This document shows, piece after piece, positions 1 to 12,728 of a stretch of 64,000 bases of DNA. The stretch covers positions 62,001 through 126,000 of the forward strand of contig AP026141.1 of assembly GCA_030295235.1 (NCBI GenBank), given 5' to 3'. The notes under the pieces were generated by a model. That model searched no databases. It saw only the letters and a program-made list of their open reading frames with translations, and was not told where the DNA came from. The position numbers and the translations under genes were made by a program. Numbering within the stretch: the stretch's first letter is position 1; each line of letters begins with the position of its first letter. The stretch comes from Fistulifera solaris. Taxonomy: Eukaryota.

Positions 1-387
1 AACGGCCTTCTTTCGCGATGGTCGACCGTCGGTGAGTAGTGTTCAGCTGTTTCGAAGAGTTTAACGAGAGCTCCTCTGCTGGAGGTCATTTGATGAGGCA
101 AAATTACAATAAATAATAGACGAAGTTAAAAGTGCTCAAGTATTGGTAGATGTTTCATAGGAATACAAGACTTTTTAATTGAAAACGAACGTCAAATTCA
201 GAACGGATGCAAAACGGGAAATGCGTCTATTTTTTGGCTCACAATCTCGCACGAGTATAGCTAGACTTAGCACGATACGTTGCCAATACACTTACTGAAT
301 AATATGATTTGCAATAATACTCATGCATTAAATTCAATTTATGACTTGTATTTTATTCAACAAACAGAATGACCGATCGCTCGCCGC

Positions 388-1050
388 TCAACGATTTTGA
401 GACCACCCAGCGGAAGAGGCGGACGAATCTTGACTAACCGATTCTCCTTGTGTTGTGGAAACGGAATCCCATGATTTACGTTTCATGGGTTTGATGGTTT
501 CTACCATTTCATTTGATAAATTATCAAAGACGAGAGACCAGGCTGATAGCACCTTTTCCAAGTCCTTGCAATCTTCGCTTAGTGCCGATGAATACGACGC
601 CAAGGTCCTTAATAAGGCATCGCGCATCATGGACCAGTGACTGGTCTGAATGCGCGGAAAATTGGCGTGCTCCAAGCCAATTTCAAGTAGTTGACCAAAT
701 AGAGCGTCCATTTCGCATTCAAGCAAAGAGACACTCATATCCATCAATGTGGACGCCGTTCGCGCAGCTTCAATGAAATCCTCGCTTTCGAACATGGCAG
801 GGCCTGATGTAGTGCCAAAGGGAAATAGAAGTTTGTAGGAAAGAGGCGCCTTTGTAAAGATGCTGTAGAAGAAAGGAGAAATATCGTTAGAGCTGTAATG
901 CAAACATCGGCAGAGATTGGGTGACATACAAACTTACCTTTTCAGAAAACGATCCCCGAAATCATCCTCCCACGCCGGAGAAGAATCTTTGATACGTTCC
1001 CAAGAATCTTGCACAGCCGAAACAACGTCAGGACTGATGTCTTCCATCAT
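388..1050 (-). CDS. Globin (neuroglobin-like single-domain globin), 2 exons
   Basis: Exon 1 (1050-938) reads MMEDISPDVVSAVQDSWERIK. A GT-AG intron spans 937-863. Exon 2 carries LFPF (CD1 Phe), IGLEH (proximal His F8) and an H-helix AWSLVF. Confidence 0.85.
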
Positions 1051-2037
1051 CTTGACCTATTTTTATTAGAGAAATGAGCGTGCGCTAAGGGCGGAACGAT
1101 GATAAAGAATGAGCGTGATGCTTGCTTTTCCTGTAGCCGAGAAGACGAGATGATGAACAATGGGCAAATGAACAAGGGAAGGCGAAGAGTGGTCAGTGAT
1201 GGTTTGTGTTGTTTATCTTATCGTGATGTTTGGGGAGGAAGGAAGCGCAAAGAGCATCATAATTATTGTAGTTACGCAAAATGCACCAGAAGAACAACCT
1301 CCGGCATTTTTGGTCTATAATTGTCGTATCCTTATCATTGGTTTGACTATAGTAAAAAGTGGAGATAACAGAGTACTTCGTCTTTCGTCTTCGCATTATT
1401 GTTTATCCCTACAAAATTCTTTATTTCCCAAAGTCATTCAAGATTCAAGTTCCGATTAAGGTACTACGTATTTGTCCCATCTCCCATGTCCAGGTCGGAA
1501 ATTTGCGATACAAGCAGTAAATTCTTGAACCAAGAATCGAGACACCAAGACCAAATCATACAATATAAGCGATACCAATTGCCAGGGAGACACGGGAACG
1601 CACCTCTGCTTGGTACATTTTTCTACGGGGGCCTACGTGAGTGTACACTTTTTCCCGAACCTTCCAGTGACAGCTGTCAAGTGAAGGAAATGACAGTGAC
1701 GAGCAATAGTACTAGTGCATCAAACAACGTACGAAGTAAAAGTGCCGGAACTTTATGTTCTCTGTGAACTGTGTTGAATGCTCAAAATGTCTTGCTACCG
1801 ATTGAAATTGTACTGGGCTTGTTGAAAGTCTTTATGCATTCGTTTTGCGGTGCGACACCTGACGACTGATGACCAGAGGTAAAACACGAACTCTAATAAT
1901 AAAGTACCAGTACCTCACACCGACAAGCTCATTTTCATCATTATTTTCGAAAAACAAATGGATGAAATAGTAACGATTTCCAAGCCACTCAAAAACTGCA
2001 AGGATTAAAACAGTGAGGAAACGTTCTCTGAGTGCTG

Positions 2038-3354
2038 ATGAAAGAAAACAATGGAGAAGGGAGCCGCAAACGACGAACAAGACAAATTCTTTTGCCGGTT
2101 GGTGGAATCGCCGCTGTCCTTCTCTGTGAATCGCAGTTGTCTCAGCCATGGGAGCTTTCTAAGAACGTAACAATACCTCTAGCAACCAAGAAATCACTAA
2201 CAATGGAGTCACAAAAGATTTACAATGGCAAGATTTGGTGAATGGTAAATTGACTCTGGTCGGTTTAGATTATCACAACGATCAACAGATTCCGTACGCG
2301 TCCTTTTGTTACTTGGAAAATTGGTCGCATCATCATGAAGCACCACATGAAGTGCCTATGTTTCGGTATTTACAAAACGAATCAAAATATTGCAAGCAGA
2401 CTATCCTTCGTGTACAAGTCTCAACGGCGATAAAAGCCATGCGTGAATACGATGCATCCCATCCGCTCGAAACCAAGTTACTCGAATTTAAAGGCGTAAT
2501 CTTTCACGAAAGTCGAGTCGGTTCGACATTGATAGCGAATATGCTCGCGTCATTACCTAACACGCGTGTTTTTTTCGGAGTCGCGACCACCTATCATGGC
2601 CTTGAATTATGCGTGTCAAGATCAATCGTCCGATTGCACCCATCATCTCGTGACCGACGTAGTTTATATGATGCGACGCGTCTCTCGCCACAACCCTGCG
2701 CAATATATGTTTTGGAAGTTTCAGTCGGCGGCGACTTGGCAATTGGAAACATTTGCACGAGCAATGCCGCATATTCCTTGGATCTTTGTGTATCGTGATC
2801 CGGTGCATGTGATGGTCAGTCATTTTCAAGACGCCCAAAAGCACAAAGGCCCTCCCAAATGTGCACAACGGCAACGAAATCGACCGCCACCGGTTGTTGT
2901 GAAATTATTGGAACGGTACTATGGTGATGCGTTGTCGATGAATCTGGGAAAACAACTGGCGCAAGCTGTTTCAGTCGAGCAATACTGCGCGGCGCATTTG
3001 GCGAGTCTCACCAACACTGCCGTTTCCGTCCTGCAACAAAACAATAAAGGAAGAGCTGTCAATTACGAGCTACTACCGGATCTGCTGTGGAACGATCTGT
3101 TACCGAATCATTTTCAATACAATGCATCAAATGTTGAAATAGCCCGCATGCAAGAGCAAGCCAAACTGTATTCGAAAGGTGTTGTCGGGAAAACGAGCAA
3201 ACTAGATAAAGTGGGGATTTTTGAAAGTGATAGTCAACGAAAAGAACAAGCCGCTAGTACTGCAATCAAATCAGCCGCACAAGGTGCTTTACAGGAGTCG
3301 TATGAGCAATTAGAAGCCTTGTCGAAGCAAAGCCACACCCACAAACATATTTGA
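2038..3354 (+). CDS. Sulfotransferase-like P-loop protein with N-terminal membrane anchor (frameshifted in this assembly)
   Basis: IFHESRVGSTLIANML (PAPS-binding-loop-like) and WIFVYRDPVHVMVS motifs. Split over ORFs 2032, 2235 and 2566; one break lies in a T-run at ~2570. Collinear with the paralog at 8819-10345. Confidence 0.7.
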
Positions 3355-3369
3355 CTAAGTAAACACAGT

Positions 3370-3899
3370 TTACTCCATTTTATCCAAAAGTTTCACTCGA
3401 TCCAAAATTTCCCGTTTACTTGTTTCTTCTATTTCGCCCGCCAACATGAATTCATCGAGAATCGAATAGACTTTATTGAAATGAAATACAATATCCAATT
3501 CACAGACATTGTTGAAGTAGGAATCCAGTAATTCCACAAACAAATGAATCGTCTCCAAGTAACTTAGTTCATTGTCGTTGACATCGACAGCAATCGTAAA
3601 GAACAAACCGGCGTATCTTCGATAGATCAATTTGTAATTGTTGTATTCGATAAAGTTGGTGTACTTTTTGTCGCGTGCGGTCACCAATCGATGCACTTCA
3701 GCTTCCATGCGGACCTTTTCGAGTTCCGGTGTTGTACCTATGTTGTTTGCGACAGTCGGAGGCGTGTACCATTTCGATAAGCGTGTTTTGCCTTGACGGT
3801 TTTGTAGCAAAAAGAATCGGATCTTTGATGATTGAAGAGCAATGAGACTTTGGATGTTTTAACAGGCGCAGCGCTTCTCCTGACTATTCCACGTACCAT
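3370..3899 (-). CDS. AP2S1: AP-2 adaptor complex sigma (small) subunit
   Basis: ATG-only first exon (3899-3897) and intron 3896-3823, then [19 protein letters not shown]...YRRYAGLFF...[18 protein letters not shown]. Confidence 0.92.
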
Positions 3900-4699
3900 A
3901 TTATATTCGCCCTTATTATTTCAATGATTTAAGGGAAACTTTATTAAGATAACAAGAAGCAAGAGTGCTCTTGCAGATCGTAATTACGGAGTAATGTAGC
4001 AGCGCCATGGTCGTCGCCGTGATCGTGGCCGTTGCGGGCATTCGTTTACCGCTCCGACACCTATTTCATCATAAACACTGCCTTTCGTCCTTCCGTCACC
4101 CGCAGTCATTGAAACCGCCTTATTGTCCAAAGTCCAAAATCAAGACGCGTAAAAGAAGGGCGCACTTTATCGAAGGAATAAGCCAAACCGTCTCAGCTTC
4201 CAGCTTCCAGCTTCCGTCCCACATCTCGGAACTTTGTCAATGTTCCCTTTACCGTTTCTGCAACAACACACAACACGCCCTGTGCCCTGATTCAAGTTCA
4301 AAAGGGGAAAACAGAAAACGGCAGCGTGAAGCGTCAGTGAGAAGTGAGAATGCAGAGACATGAGACACGGATGCGGACATGACATGATAAGAACAATAAA
4401 GAGCAAAGGTCGCTGTGCTGCTCTCCGTGAACAGTACAGATGGTATCTTGGCATCCCCAAAATCCTGTTGAGCTGCTACATTAACTGTCCGAAATAATGA
4501 CTTCCTCTCCAACTTGCCGGAACTTTAACATCGCCACGCGCCACCACTTCTTTCCTTTTTCACAAATCCTTTGGTCTCGTTTTTCGAAAAAGACCTTGCC
4601 TTTTTTCTTCCTTTTTCTGTTTTGCTTCCTTCACATTCACATCCATCGCAAAGAGCCATTCACATTTAACAGATCATCTAACGCTTAACAGCTGCAACA

Positions 4700-7600
4700 A
4701 TGGTCAACAAGTTGTTAAAGCCTTCCGAAGAGGAAGCTCTCTTGCGTCTCGCCAACGAGGACGATGATGACTTTTCGACGTTCGGTCAAGACGACGATGA
4801 GGAGTCTTCCGATGAAGAGTCGCTCGAAGAGAAAGGGTCCGTCAATGAAGCCCGAAGAGATGTCAAACTGATGAATGTAGCGCGAGCTATGGTCATTCTC
4901 TTCTTACTCACGGTGGCCTGTATTGGGTCAGAAGTCGCCTTTGTGGTGGCCGTGTTGGGAGAAGAACGAGTCTTTCGCAACAGCTATTATGAAGCTGCGG
5001 AAATGATCACGGAACAGTTTTATAGTCACATGCACGATGACTTGTGGTTGAGTAAGACACTGGCGGCGCAGTTGAATCAAGCGGCAGGAACGACAAGCGC
5101 TTGGCCGAATGTGACGTACTCGGACTTTCACGAGATTTGTGAAGGCCCCTTGCATTTGAGTCAAGCCAAGATGATCCACTGGACTCCGGTGGTCTCCAAC
5201 AAACAAGCGTGGGAAGCCTATGTCATGTCAACTTATCCGGCAAATTTAGATCAGTCGGCCATCGTGTCCGAATCGTCCGTCTCTTTTCATGTTTCGGACA
5301 CACTCCAAATGCATGGCTTTTCCCAAGGTAGGCTCTACAAGGTAAATGCGACGGAAGACCTGTACTATCCGATCTGGCAGTCCTCTCCTTCGTTTGATCA
5401 AGGAATGGGTACATCCTTTGAAGAAGGCACCAACCCGGTACGAAAGTCTTCTCTCTACGAAGTCATGAGACGAAAAGGAAGCTATCTGAGTCGCATGTTC
5501 TACAACGATACACGTCAGAGCGATTTTGCGGTGTACACCACACCACGTAGCATGATTTACTATCCAGTTATGGAGGCTGAACAAGTGGTTGGCGTTGTCA
5601 ATCTGGAATTTGAGTTTTCGACATATTTCAAGAACTCCTTGGATGACAAGGATTATCAAACAGCCATCCATGCTGTAGTCAAGAACACCTGCGACGATGA
5701 TATGTATACATTCACTATCACCGGCTCGTCGTCGGAATATCTTGGCATCGGCGACAAGCATAACTTAGACGACGGCTTTGAGGTACGCAGCATTGCTCCA
5801 GAAGGATACCTTGCACTCTTCGAAGAGCATGGCAATCTTCCCATGGATGAAACCTGTTTCTACCAGATCAAGCTCTATCCTTCGAAAGCGTTCAAGAATA
5901 GCTTTGCCACATGGGCCCCTGATATCTATCGTGCGATTTTACTGGGCTCCTTTTGCTGCATCATTGCCGTCTTCTTGGCGTACGATAAATTGATTGAACG
6001 CCACCAGAAGAACGTCATCAGCGCGGCGGAGCGATCCGATGCAATTGTGCGCTCGCTATTCCCTGCCAACATCCGTGACAAGCTCTACGAAAAAGCAAAA
6101 AGGAAGGAAGAAGAAAAGCGACAACGACAGAAGCAAGCCAATTCCTTCCTTGCTAGCGACGCGGGTTCTGTTGGCTCGGGAAGCGCGGGAAAAGGAGGAT
6201 TGATTGTAACGAACAAGAACAAGTTAAAGAACTTTGTGAACGACGGAGGCCGCTTTAAAAATGCATTTGAGGACGATCCAATCGCTGATTTGTTTCCGCA
6301 GACCACAATCTTGTTTGCCGACATTGCAGGTAAATGATCGCGTCTTTTCTTTTGTTCATCATTGTAGAAGAATGCATTTCTTACTATTGTACAATCACAG
6401 GATTTACGGCATGGTCGAGCGAGCGCGAGCCTTCTCAAGTTTTTACTTTGCTGGAGAACATTTATGCCGTAATGGACAAATTGGCGAAAAAGAACAATGT
6501 ATTCAAGGTGGAAACTGTGGGAGACTGCTATGTAGCAGCGACAGGTCTTCCAGACCCTCAAGAACAGCATGCGGTTATTATGGTTCGATTTGCTCAAATC
6601 TGCTTGGTGAAAATAAGAGAGTTGGTCTTGGCATTGGAGTCGCAACTCGGACCTGGAACCGCTGACTTGGCTATGCGGGCTGGTATCCACTCTGGGCCCG
6701 TAACGGCGGGTGTATTGCGAGGTCAGAAGGCACGGTTCCAGTTGTTCGGTGATACGATGAACACGGCAGCGCGCATGGAGAGCAATGGATCTCCTCATAA
6801 AGTCCACATTTCGAGCGAGACTTACGAGTATTTGAAGCAAAGCGGAAAAGCGCACTGGGCAACCCCAAGGGAAGAGCTCGTTCACGCCAAGGGCAAGGGC
6901 TCGGTGCAGACTTACTGGATCAAGTCCATGTCTGGAGGTAGTTCTGCGGCAAGTTCTAGTGATGATATGAACGGTCCTGCAAGAAGAGTTTCGCATTTGT
7001 TATCCACGACGAAACCTTGGGAGGGAACTTATTTGGAACAGTATTTTGGTCTTACGGAAGTAAGCGACGCACTTGAACGCTTAGTAAACTGGAACGCGGA
7101 TCTGCTTGCATCGTTGCTGAAGTCGATCGTTGCTTCACGAGTAGCTGCTGGTCGACCAGGCAGTGCCCCAGTCATTTCAGAAAGAAAAGTGGCCGGCGAT
7201 TTGGTTCTGGACGAAATCGAAATGGAAATCAAGGTACCTGATTTTGATGCCGTTGCTGCTGAAGAAATAGATAACGTGATGTCGAAAGTCCAACTTCCCG
7301 AGTTTGTCAAGAACGAGCTTCATGACTTTGTGGCATGCATCGCTTCAGGGTACATGCACAATTCATTCCATAACTTCGAGCATGCCTCTCATGTGATTCT
7401 GTCCTCCAATAAGTTGCTTAAACGAATCATGTCGCTAGACAATCACAAAAACAACTCCACCGGGGAGGCGATCACATCGCATGATCTCTACGAGCATACC
7501 TATGGAATCGGTACCGACCCTCTTACTCAGTTCGCCATTGTCTTTTCGGCCCTTATTCATGACGTTGGTCATGTCGGTGTTCCCAATTTCGTCTTGGCCG

Positions 7601-8674
7601 AGGAAAATCCGGATCTAGCCGAGCGATACGTTCATAAGAGTATTGCTGAGCAACATTCCGTCACCGTGGCATGGGATTTGTTAATGCAACCTCATTTCCG
7701 AAACCTACGATCGTACATTTATACGACCGAAGAAGAATGTGTCCGTTTCAGACGACTTTTGGTCAACATGGTTATGGCGACCGACATTTTCGATCCCGAC
7801 TTGAAAGCTTTACGTACTTCTCGTTGGGAGATGGCTTTTGGTGAGGAAGGAGGAACCAACAGCACTCTGAATATCGCTCGCAAGGCAACAATTGTCATTG
7901 AGCACGTAATTCAAGCGTCGGACGTATCTCATACCATGCAGCATTGGTACATCTATAAGGTAAGCAACAGAATAACATATTCGAATTGATCTTCGTGTGC
8001 ACAACTGTGACTGACACTTGCTTTGATAAATTAAGAAATGGAACGAGCGGCTTTTCGAAGAGATGTACACGGCCTACGCCGAAGGAAGGACGAAAAAGGA
8101 TCCTTCGGAAGGCTGGTACGGCGGCGAAATTTGGTTCTTTGACAATTACGTGATTCCGTTGGCCACAAAGCTCAAGAAGTGCGGTGTTTTTGGGTTTTCA
8201 AGTGACGAGTATCTCAACTACGCCACCCAGAATCGTATGGAGTGGGAAGCCAAGGGACAAGAAGTAGTGGAGGCAATGAGAGAAAGGGTGATCGCCAAGC
8301 TTGCTTTGAAACACGAAATGGAAAAGAATGAAGACATTCCCATGGAAATCACCATGTCATCGGAGCCCGAGACTAAGCCGGTACTTGAGTCTGTTCTAGA
8401 GTCCACTGAGGAAACAGCCGATGCTCCCTTACGCACAGTAATCGCTCCCGCTGGAAAGCTTGGTGTCATTATCGATACGACTCCCGGCCAAACAACAATG
8501 GTGCACCGCGTACTTGAAAATTCACCTATGATGGGCATGATCAAACCGGGCGATCAAATTGTTTCCATTGATAGTATCCCTACCAGTAACATGTCGACTG
8601 AAGCGATTGCCGCGTTGTTGAAGTCAACAGCTGCTCATCCACGCCGCTTTGTCATCCGTAGAGATACGGACTAA
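4700..8674 (+). CDS. Membrane class III nucleotide cyclase-phosphodiesterase fusion with extracellular (CHASE-like) domain and C-terminal PDZ, 3 exons
   Basis: Two TM helices. Cyclase motifs ILFADIAGF, KVETVGDCY and FQLFGDTMNTAARMES. PDE motifs FHNFEHASHV, HDVGHVGVPN and QASDVSH. PDZ motif GKLGVII...IKPGDQIVSID. Introns at 6330-6400 and 7960-8035 restore the frame. Confidence 0.9.
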
Positions 8675-8818
8675 CAATTTTTAAGATCCGCCCTTGTGCG
8701 GATCCGACACAATCTTGATATTTTCGTTTTGTTTTTGGTATTTCAGTTTTAATCAATTCACATTTTAAAGAAGAATAAGAATCTTTGATTATGAATACAT
8801 GCTGTTCTCGTCTCGCTT

Positions 8819-10345
8819 TTATAACCGCTCGAGTTCTTGAAATGACGACTCCAAAATCTCATGCGCCGCACGCTTCAATGATGGACTCGCGATGGCCGCC
8901 TTGTGCTCGGAATCTCCTTGAAAATCTCCCTTCTTTTCTTGCCTTCCCTTGGAATATTGTCCCGATGTAATTTGCATTCGCTGAAGCGCCGAGGCACTCA
9001 CGGCAAGATGCCAATGATTTGGCAACAAATCATCCCACAGAGCCTCCGGTAACCGTTGATAATTGACCGCTCGTCCCGTATGTGGATGACTGTGCAGCCC
9101 TTTTAAGGCACTTTCGGTAATACTCGCCAAATGGGCGGCACAGTAATCAATGGGATCGACTTGCATGGCATCCCGGGTATTCAAATCGCGCTCCAAAATA
9201 TCCAAAACTTGCGACGGAGGATTCATTCGTTGCCGTCGTACACAATTGGCATTTTTGATACTGGCTTTCCCGAGAGATCCTTGCAGGTGACTAACCATGA
9301 CTTCGACGGGTGAACGGTAGACAAAGAACCACGGTGTATCGGGGAAGGCTTCGAGAAAGACATCCAAGTGCAGTGTACCGGCCGATTGAATTTTGAAAAA
9401 GACGTGTGTTTCTTGGGCATTGTCCGTCCGTTGCATGAGATAGATCGTGTCTTGTAGTAACGGCACGGCCAGTTTATTTTCCTTGCAGTCGTCGCCTCCA
9501 CAACCCAATGTCATGGCCGTAATCGGAGGACCGGATTCGGAATAGACACGATGCGTTTCACTCATCGAAGCCATCAGATTGGCCACCAACGTCGATCCGC
9601 AGCGACTCTCGTGAAAGACAACTCCTCCCAATTGAAGTACATGCGTCGGTGCAGTCGCATCATACGCTCGAATGCGATCCATCAAAAGCTGAAACGGCAC
9701 TTGAACCCGTGTTTGATCGCACTGCGGACTGTTGGAGATCAAATCACGAAACATGGGATAGGTCGAAGGATCTTGTTTGTGCAATTTCCAATCGAGTTTA
9801 CAGAAAATACCGTACACTCCCGCGTAGTTCACTTCCCTTCCGTTCATTTGCTGGGCTATTTCATGCTCCGCCGGGATGAATCGCAATTCGATTAAATGAG
9901 TGCGCGCATTCAAAATATCTTGCCAGGCCGGATCGGTCGTCGGATCGCTCTCATCCAGCACACGATGCGTTCCATCTCCTCGTTCTGTATTATGCCCCCG
10001 AAATCGTTGAGGCTTGTCACGAAACATGCCGTGATTGTGTCTATTTTCGGGACGCTGATGATGATGATAATTCCTGTGCGGATGAAGTGCTTCATCGTCG
10101 GCTGGTTCTTCTTGCAGCAGATACATTTCGTGTTGCAACAACATCAAAGGATGCAACGGATATTTGTGTTGCAATAACCAGAACATCCATACAATGACCG
10201 CACTCGCAGCTCCCATGAGACTGACGTTTCGTTGGTAACGGAGTGTCGCTGCACGTCCGCGATTGCCTTTAATGACGCGCGGTCGATGATTGATAGACGA
10301 AGAAACTAAATCGCCTCGAAAGATTCCTGCGGCTGTCGATGTCAT
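8819..10345 (-). CDS. Sulfotransferase-like P-loop protein with N-terminal membrane anchor
   Basis: Intact ORF with a TM segment, VFHESRCGSTLVANLM and WFFVYRSPVEVMVSH. Paralog of 2038-3354. Confidence 0.75.
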   Translation of the reverse strand: MTSTAAGIFRGDLVSSSINHRPRVIKGNRGRAATLRYQRNVSLMGAASAVIVWMFWLLQHKYPLHPLMLLQHEMYLLQEEPADDEALHPHRNYHHHQRPENRHNHGMFRDKPQRFRGHNTERGDGTHRVLDESDPTTDPAWQDILNARTHLIELRFIPAEHEIAQQMNGREVNYAGVYGIFCKLDWKLHKQDPSTYPMFRDLISNSPQCDQTRVQVPFQLLMDRIRAYDATAPTHVLQLGGVVFHESRCGSTLVANLMASMSETHRVYSESGPPITAMTLGCGGDDCKENKLAVPLLQDTIYLMQRTDNAQETHVFFKIQSAGTLHLDVFLEAFPDTPWFFVYRSPVEVMVSHLQGSLGKASIKNANCVRRQRMNPPSQVLDILERDLNTRDAMQVDPIDYCAAHLASITESALKGLHSHPHTGRAVNYQRLPEALWDDLLPNHWHLAVSASALQRMQITSGQYSKGRQEKKGDFQGDSEHKAAIASPSLKRAAHEILESSFQELERL

Positions 10346-10799
10346 TCTTGTCTTTTTGTGTTTGTGTGTATGCAACAATTATGAAAGGAGCAGCATAGAA
10401 GATGCGAAACACAAATCAAATGACTTTTGTAAACACAGCGTTTATACCCGCACACTTGCATCATGACAACTCGCACACTTATTGTCGTTGTCGTGTTGGA
10501 AAACGAAATGCGTGGTATACGTTGAAGTTTATCGTTGAGCCTGAAACACGATTTGTGACTAATGGCCATTTGCCGTTGAAGATCCTTACTACTGCGTATT
10601 ACTTTAAGAACGTTTTCTGTATTTTGCCAGGACTAGAAGTTCAGTCATGAACCATCACTGGAGTCACTCTAGGGTTTTGTTCGTCTCTCTATGCTTGTGC
10701 AAAGTATCAACAATGGATGTTATGTAAATCATTGATGTTGTTTAGGTCTACCAGAAACATCAAAATGCGTCTTTTCAATTGCATTGTCGACAAATGTTG

Positions 10800-12728
10800 G
10801 GGAATACGTGCAAATTCCAGAAATTCTGGAAAATGTGTTTTGCATCATACAGAAATTCTGTGATGGTATTTTTCGATCCAATCGAAATCCTGTGCATGTT
10901 CCCGAAATCTTGACTTGCTGTTTTGGATCATAGGGAAGAAAATGGGACATTCCAGAAATTTGGGAAACGTGTGTTTTGATCATAACGAAAGTAAGTTCAA
11001 ACTCCAGAAATTCTGGAAAATGTGTTTTGCATCATAAGGGCTGGTTACACGCAGGGACGTCCTGTCGCAATAGTTCCGTAAATGTACACTCAAGTCTACA
11101 GTAACCGAATCATCAAAAAAACTCATCACAATAAAATACCGCACAAATCAAGGCTAAACATAATGGGGCGCCGATTGATTAAACAATGCTTTCTTGAAAT
11201 TGTTTTTATTGTTATTATATGATAAGAATTAAGCGGCTCCAATGGATGTTTTATTTTCATCAGAGTCGATCGGATTGTGGAGAAATGGCGTAATTCGATT
11301 CTGCCCATGCTTTTTTACCGTAGAAAAACGACGTGAAACCAGAAAACTCGACCATAATACCGCCACTTTCTCTCAATTCAAGCCAGTTGTGTTCCTACTA
11401 TGCGAGAATTTTATATCTCAATTTTGAGAGAAATTCGCTGCCTTTAGCACAAGTTATAGCAACATGAACGGCATTTCACCATGGTCGTCGTGCTCGGCGG
11501 AGTTCGATTGCCCGAAGATAATTGGTACTATATAATTATAATGTACTCAAGCACTTACAGAAATTCTGTGATGGTCCAGAAATTCTGGACCAGATTTTTC
11601 GATCCTAATGAAATGCTCTGCATGTTCCCGAAATTCACGTAAGGATGTTTTGGATCATAACGAAGGATATGGGGCGTTGCACAAAGTCAGGAAACATGTA
11701 TTTTGATTATAACGAAAGTAAGTTCAAATTCCAGAAATTCTGGAAAATGTGTTTTGTGTCATACAGAAATTCTGTGATTGTCCAGAAATTCTGGACCAGA
11801 TTTTTCGATCCAATCGAAATCCTGTGCATGTTCCCGAAATCTTGACTCGGTGTCTTGGATCATAGGGAAGAAAATGGGACATTCCAGAAATTTGGGAAAC
11901 GTGTGTTTTGATCATAACGAAAGTAAGTTCAAATTCCAGAAATTCTGGAAAATGTGTTTTGCGTCATATGGAAATTCTGTGATGGTCCAGAAATTCTGGA
12001 CCAGATTTTTCGATCCAATCGAAATCCTGTGCATGTTCCCGAAATTCACGTCGGGATGTTTTGGATCATAACGAAAGTAAGTTCAAATTCCAGAAATTCT
12101 GGAAAATGTGTTTTGCGTCATATGGAAATTCTGTGATGGTCCAGAAATTCTGGACCAGATTTTTCGATCCAATCGAAATCCTGTGCATGTTCCCGAAATT
12201 CACGTCAGGATGTTTTGGATCATAACGAAAGTACGTGCATGTTCCAGAAAATCTGGATAATGTGTTTTGCATCATACAGAAATTCTGTGATGGTCCAGAA
12301 ATTCTGGACCAGATTTTTCGATACTAACGAAAGGCTACGCATGTTCCCGAAAATCATGACGCGGTGTCTTGGATCATAACAAAGAATATGGGGCATTCCA
12401 AATATTCAGGAAACATGTGTTTTTGATCATGACGAAAATACGTGCATGTTCCAGAAAATCTGGATAATGTGTTTTGCATCATACAGAAATTCTGTGATGG
12501 TCCAGAAATTCTGGACCAGATTTTTCGATACTAACGAAAGGCTACGCATGTTCCCGAAAATCATGACGCGGTGTCTTGGATCATAACAAAGACTATGGGA
12601 CATTCCAAATATTCAGGAAACATGTGTTTTTGATCATGACGAAAATACGTGCATGTTCCAGAAAATCTGGATAATGTGTTTTGCATCATACAGAAATTCT
12701 GTGATGGTCCAGAAATTCTGGACCAGTT
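10800..12728. repeat. Complex satellite array A: ~51-52-bp monomers in 154- and 205-207-bp higher-order units
   Basis: CCAGAAATTCTGG and the palindrome GGTCCAGAAATTCTGGACC recur. Measured offsets: 11731 to 11936 = 205, 11936 to 12090 = 154, and 12241 to 12448 to 12655 = 207 each. Confidence 0.92.
11037..11555. mobile_element. 519-bp insertion in satellite A with TA duplication (putative non-autonomous DNA transposon)
   Basis: The satellite motif gttttgcatcaTAcagaaattc is split as ...catcaTA|agggctgg...caagcact|TAcagaaattc. The termini are imperfect inverted repeats (agggctgg vs agtgcttg). Confidence 0.65.

Noticed and set aside
6085..6996. 303-aa antisense ORF, and similar shadow ORFs elsewhere
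   Set aside because: It overlaps a well-supported gene on the opposite strand and has no motifs.
10800..12728. CRISPR array or coding ORFs in the palindromic repeat (also 59355-61460)
   Set aside because: Whole units repeat, and the short ORFs are translations of satellite sequence.
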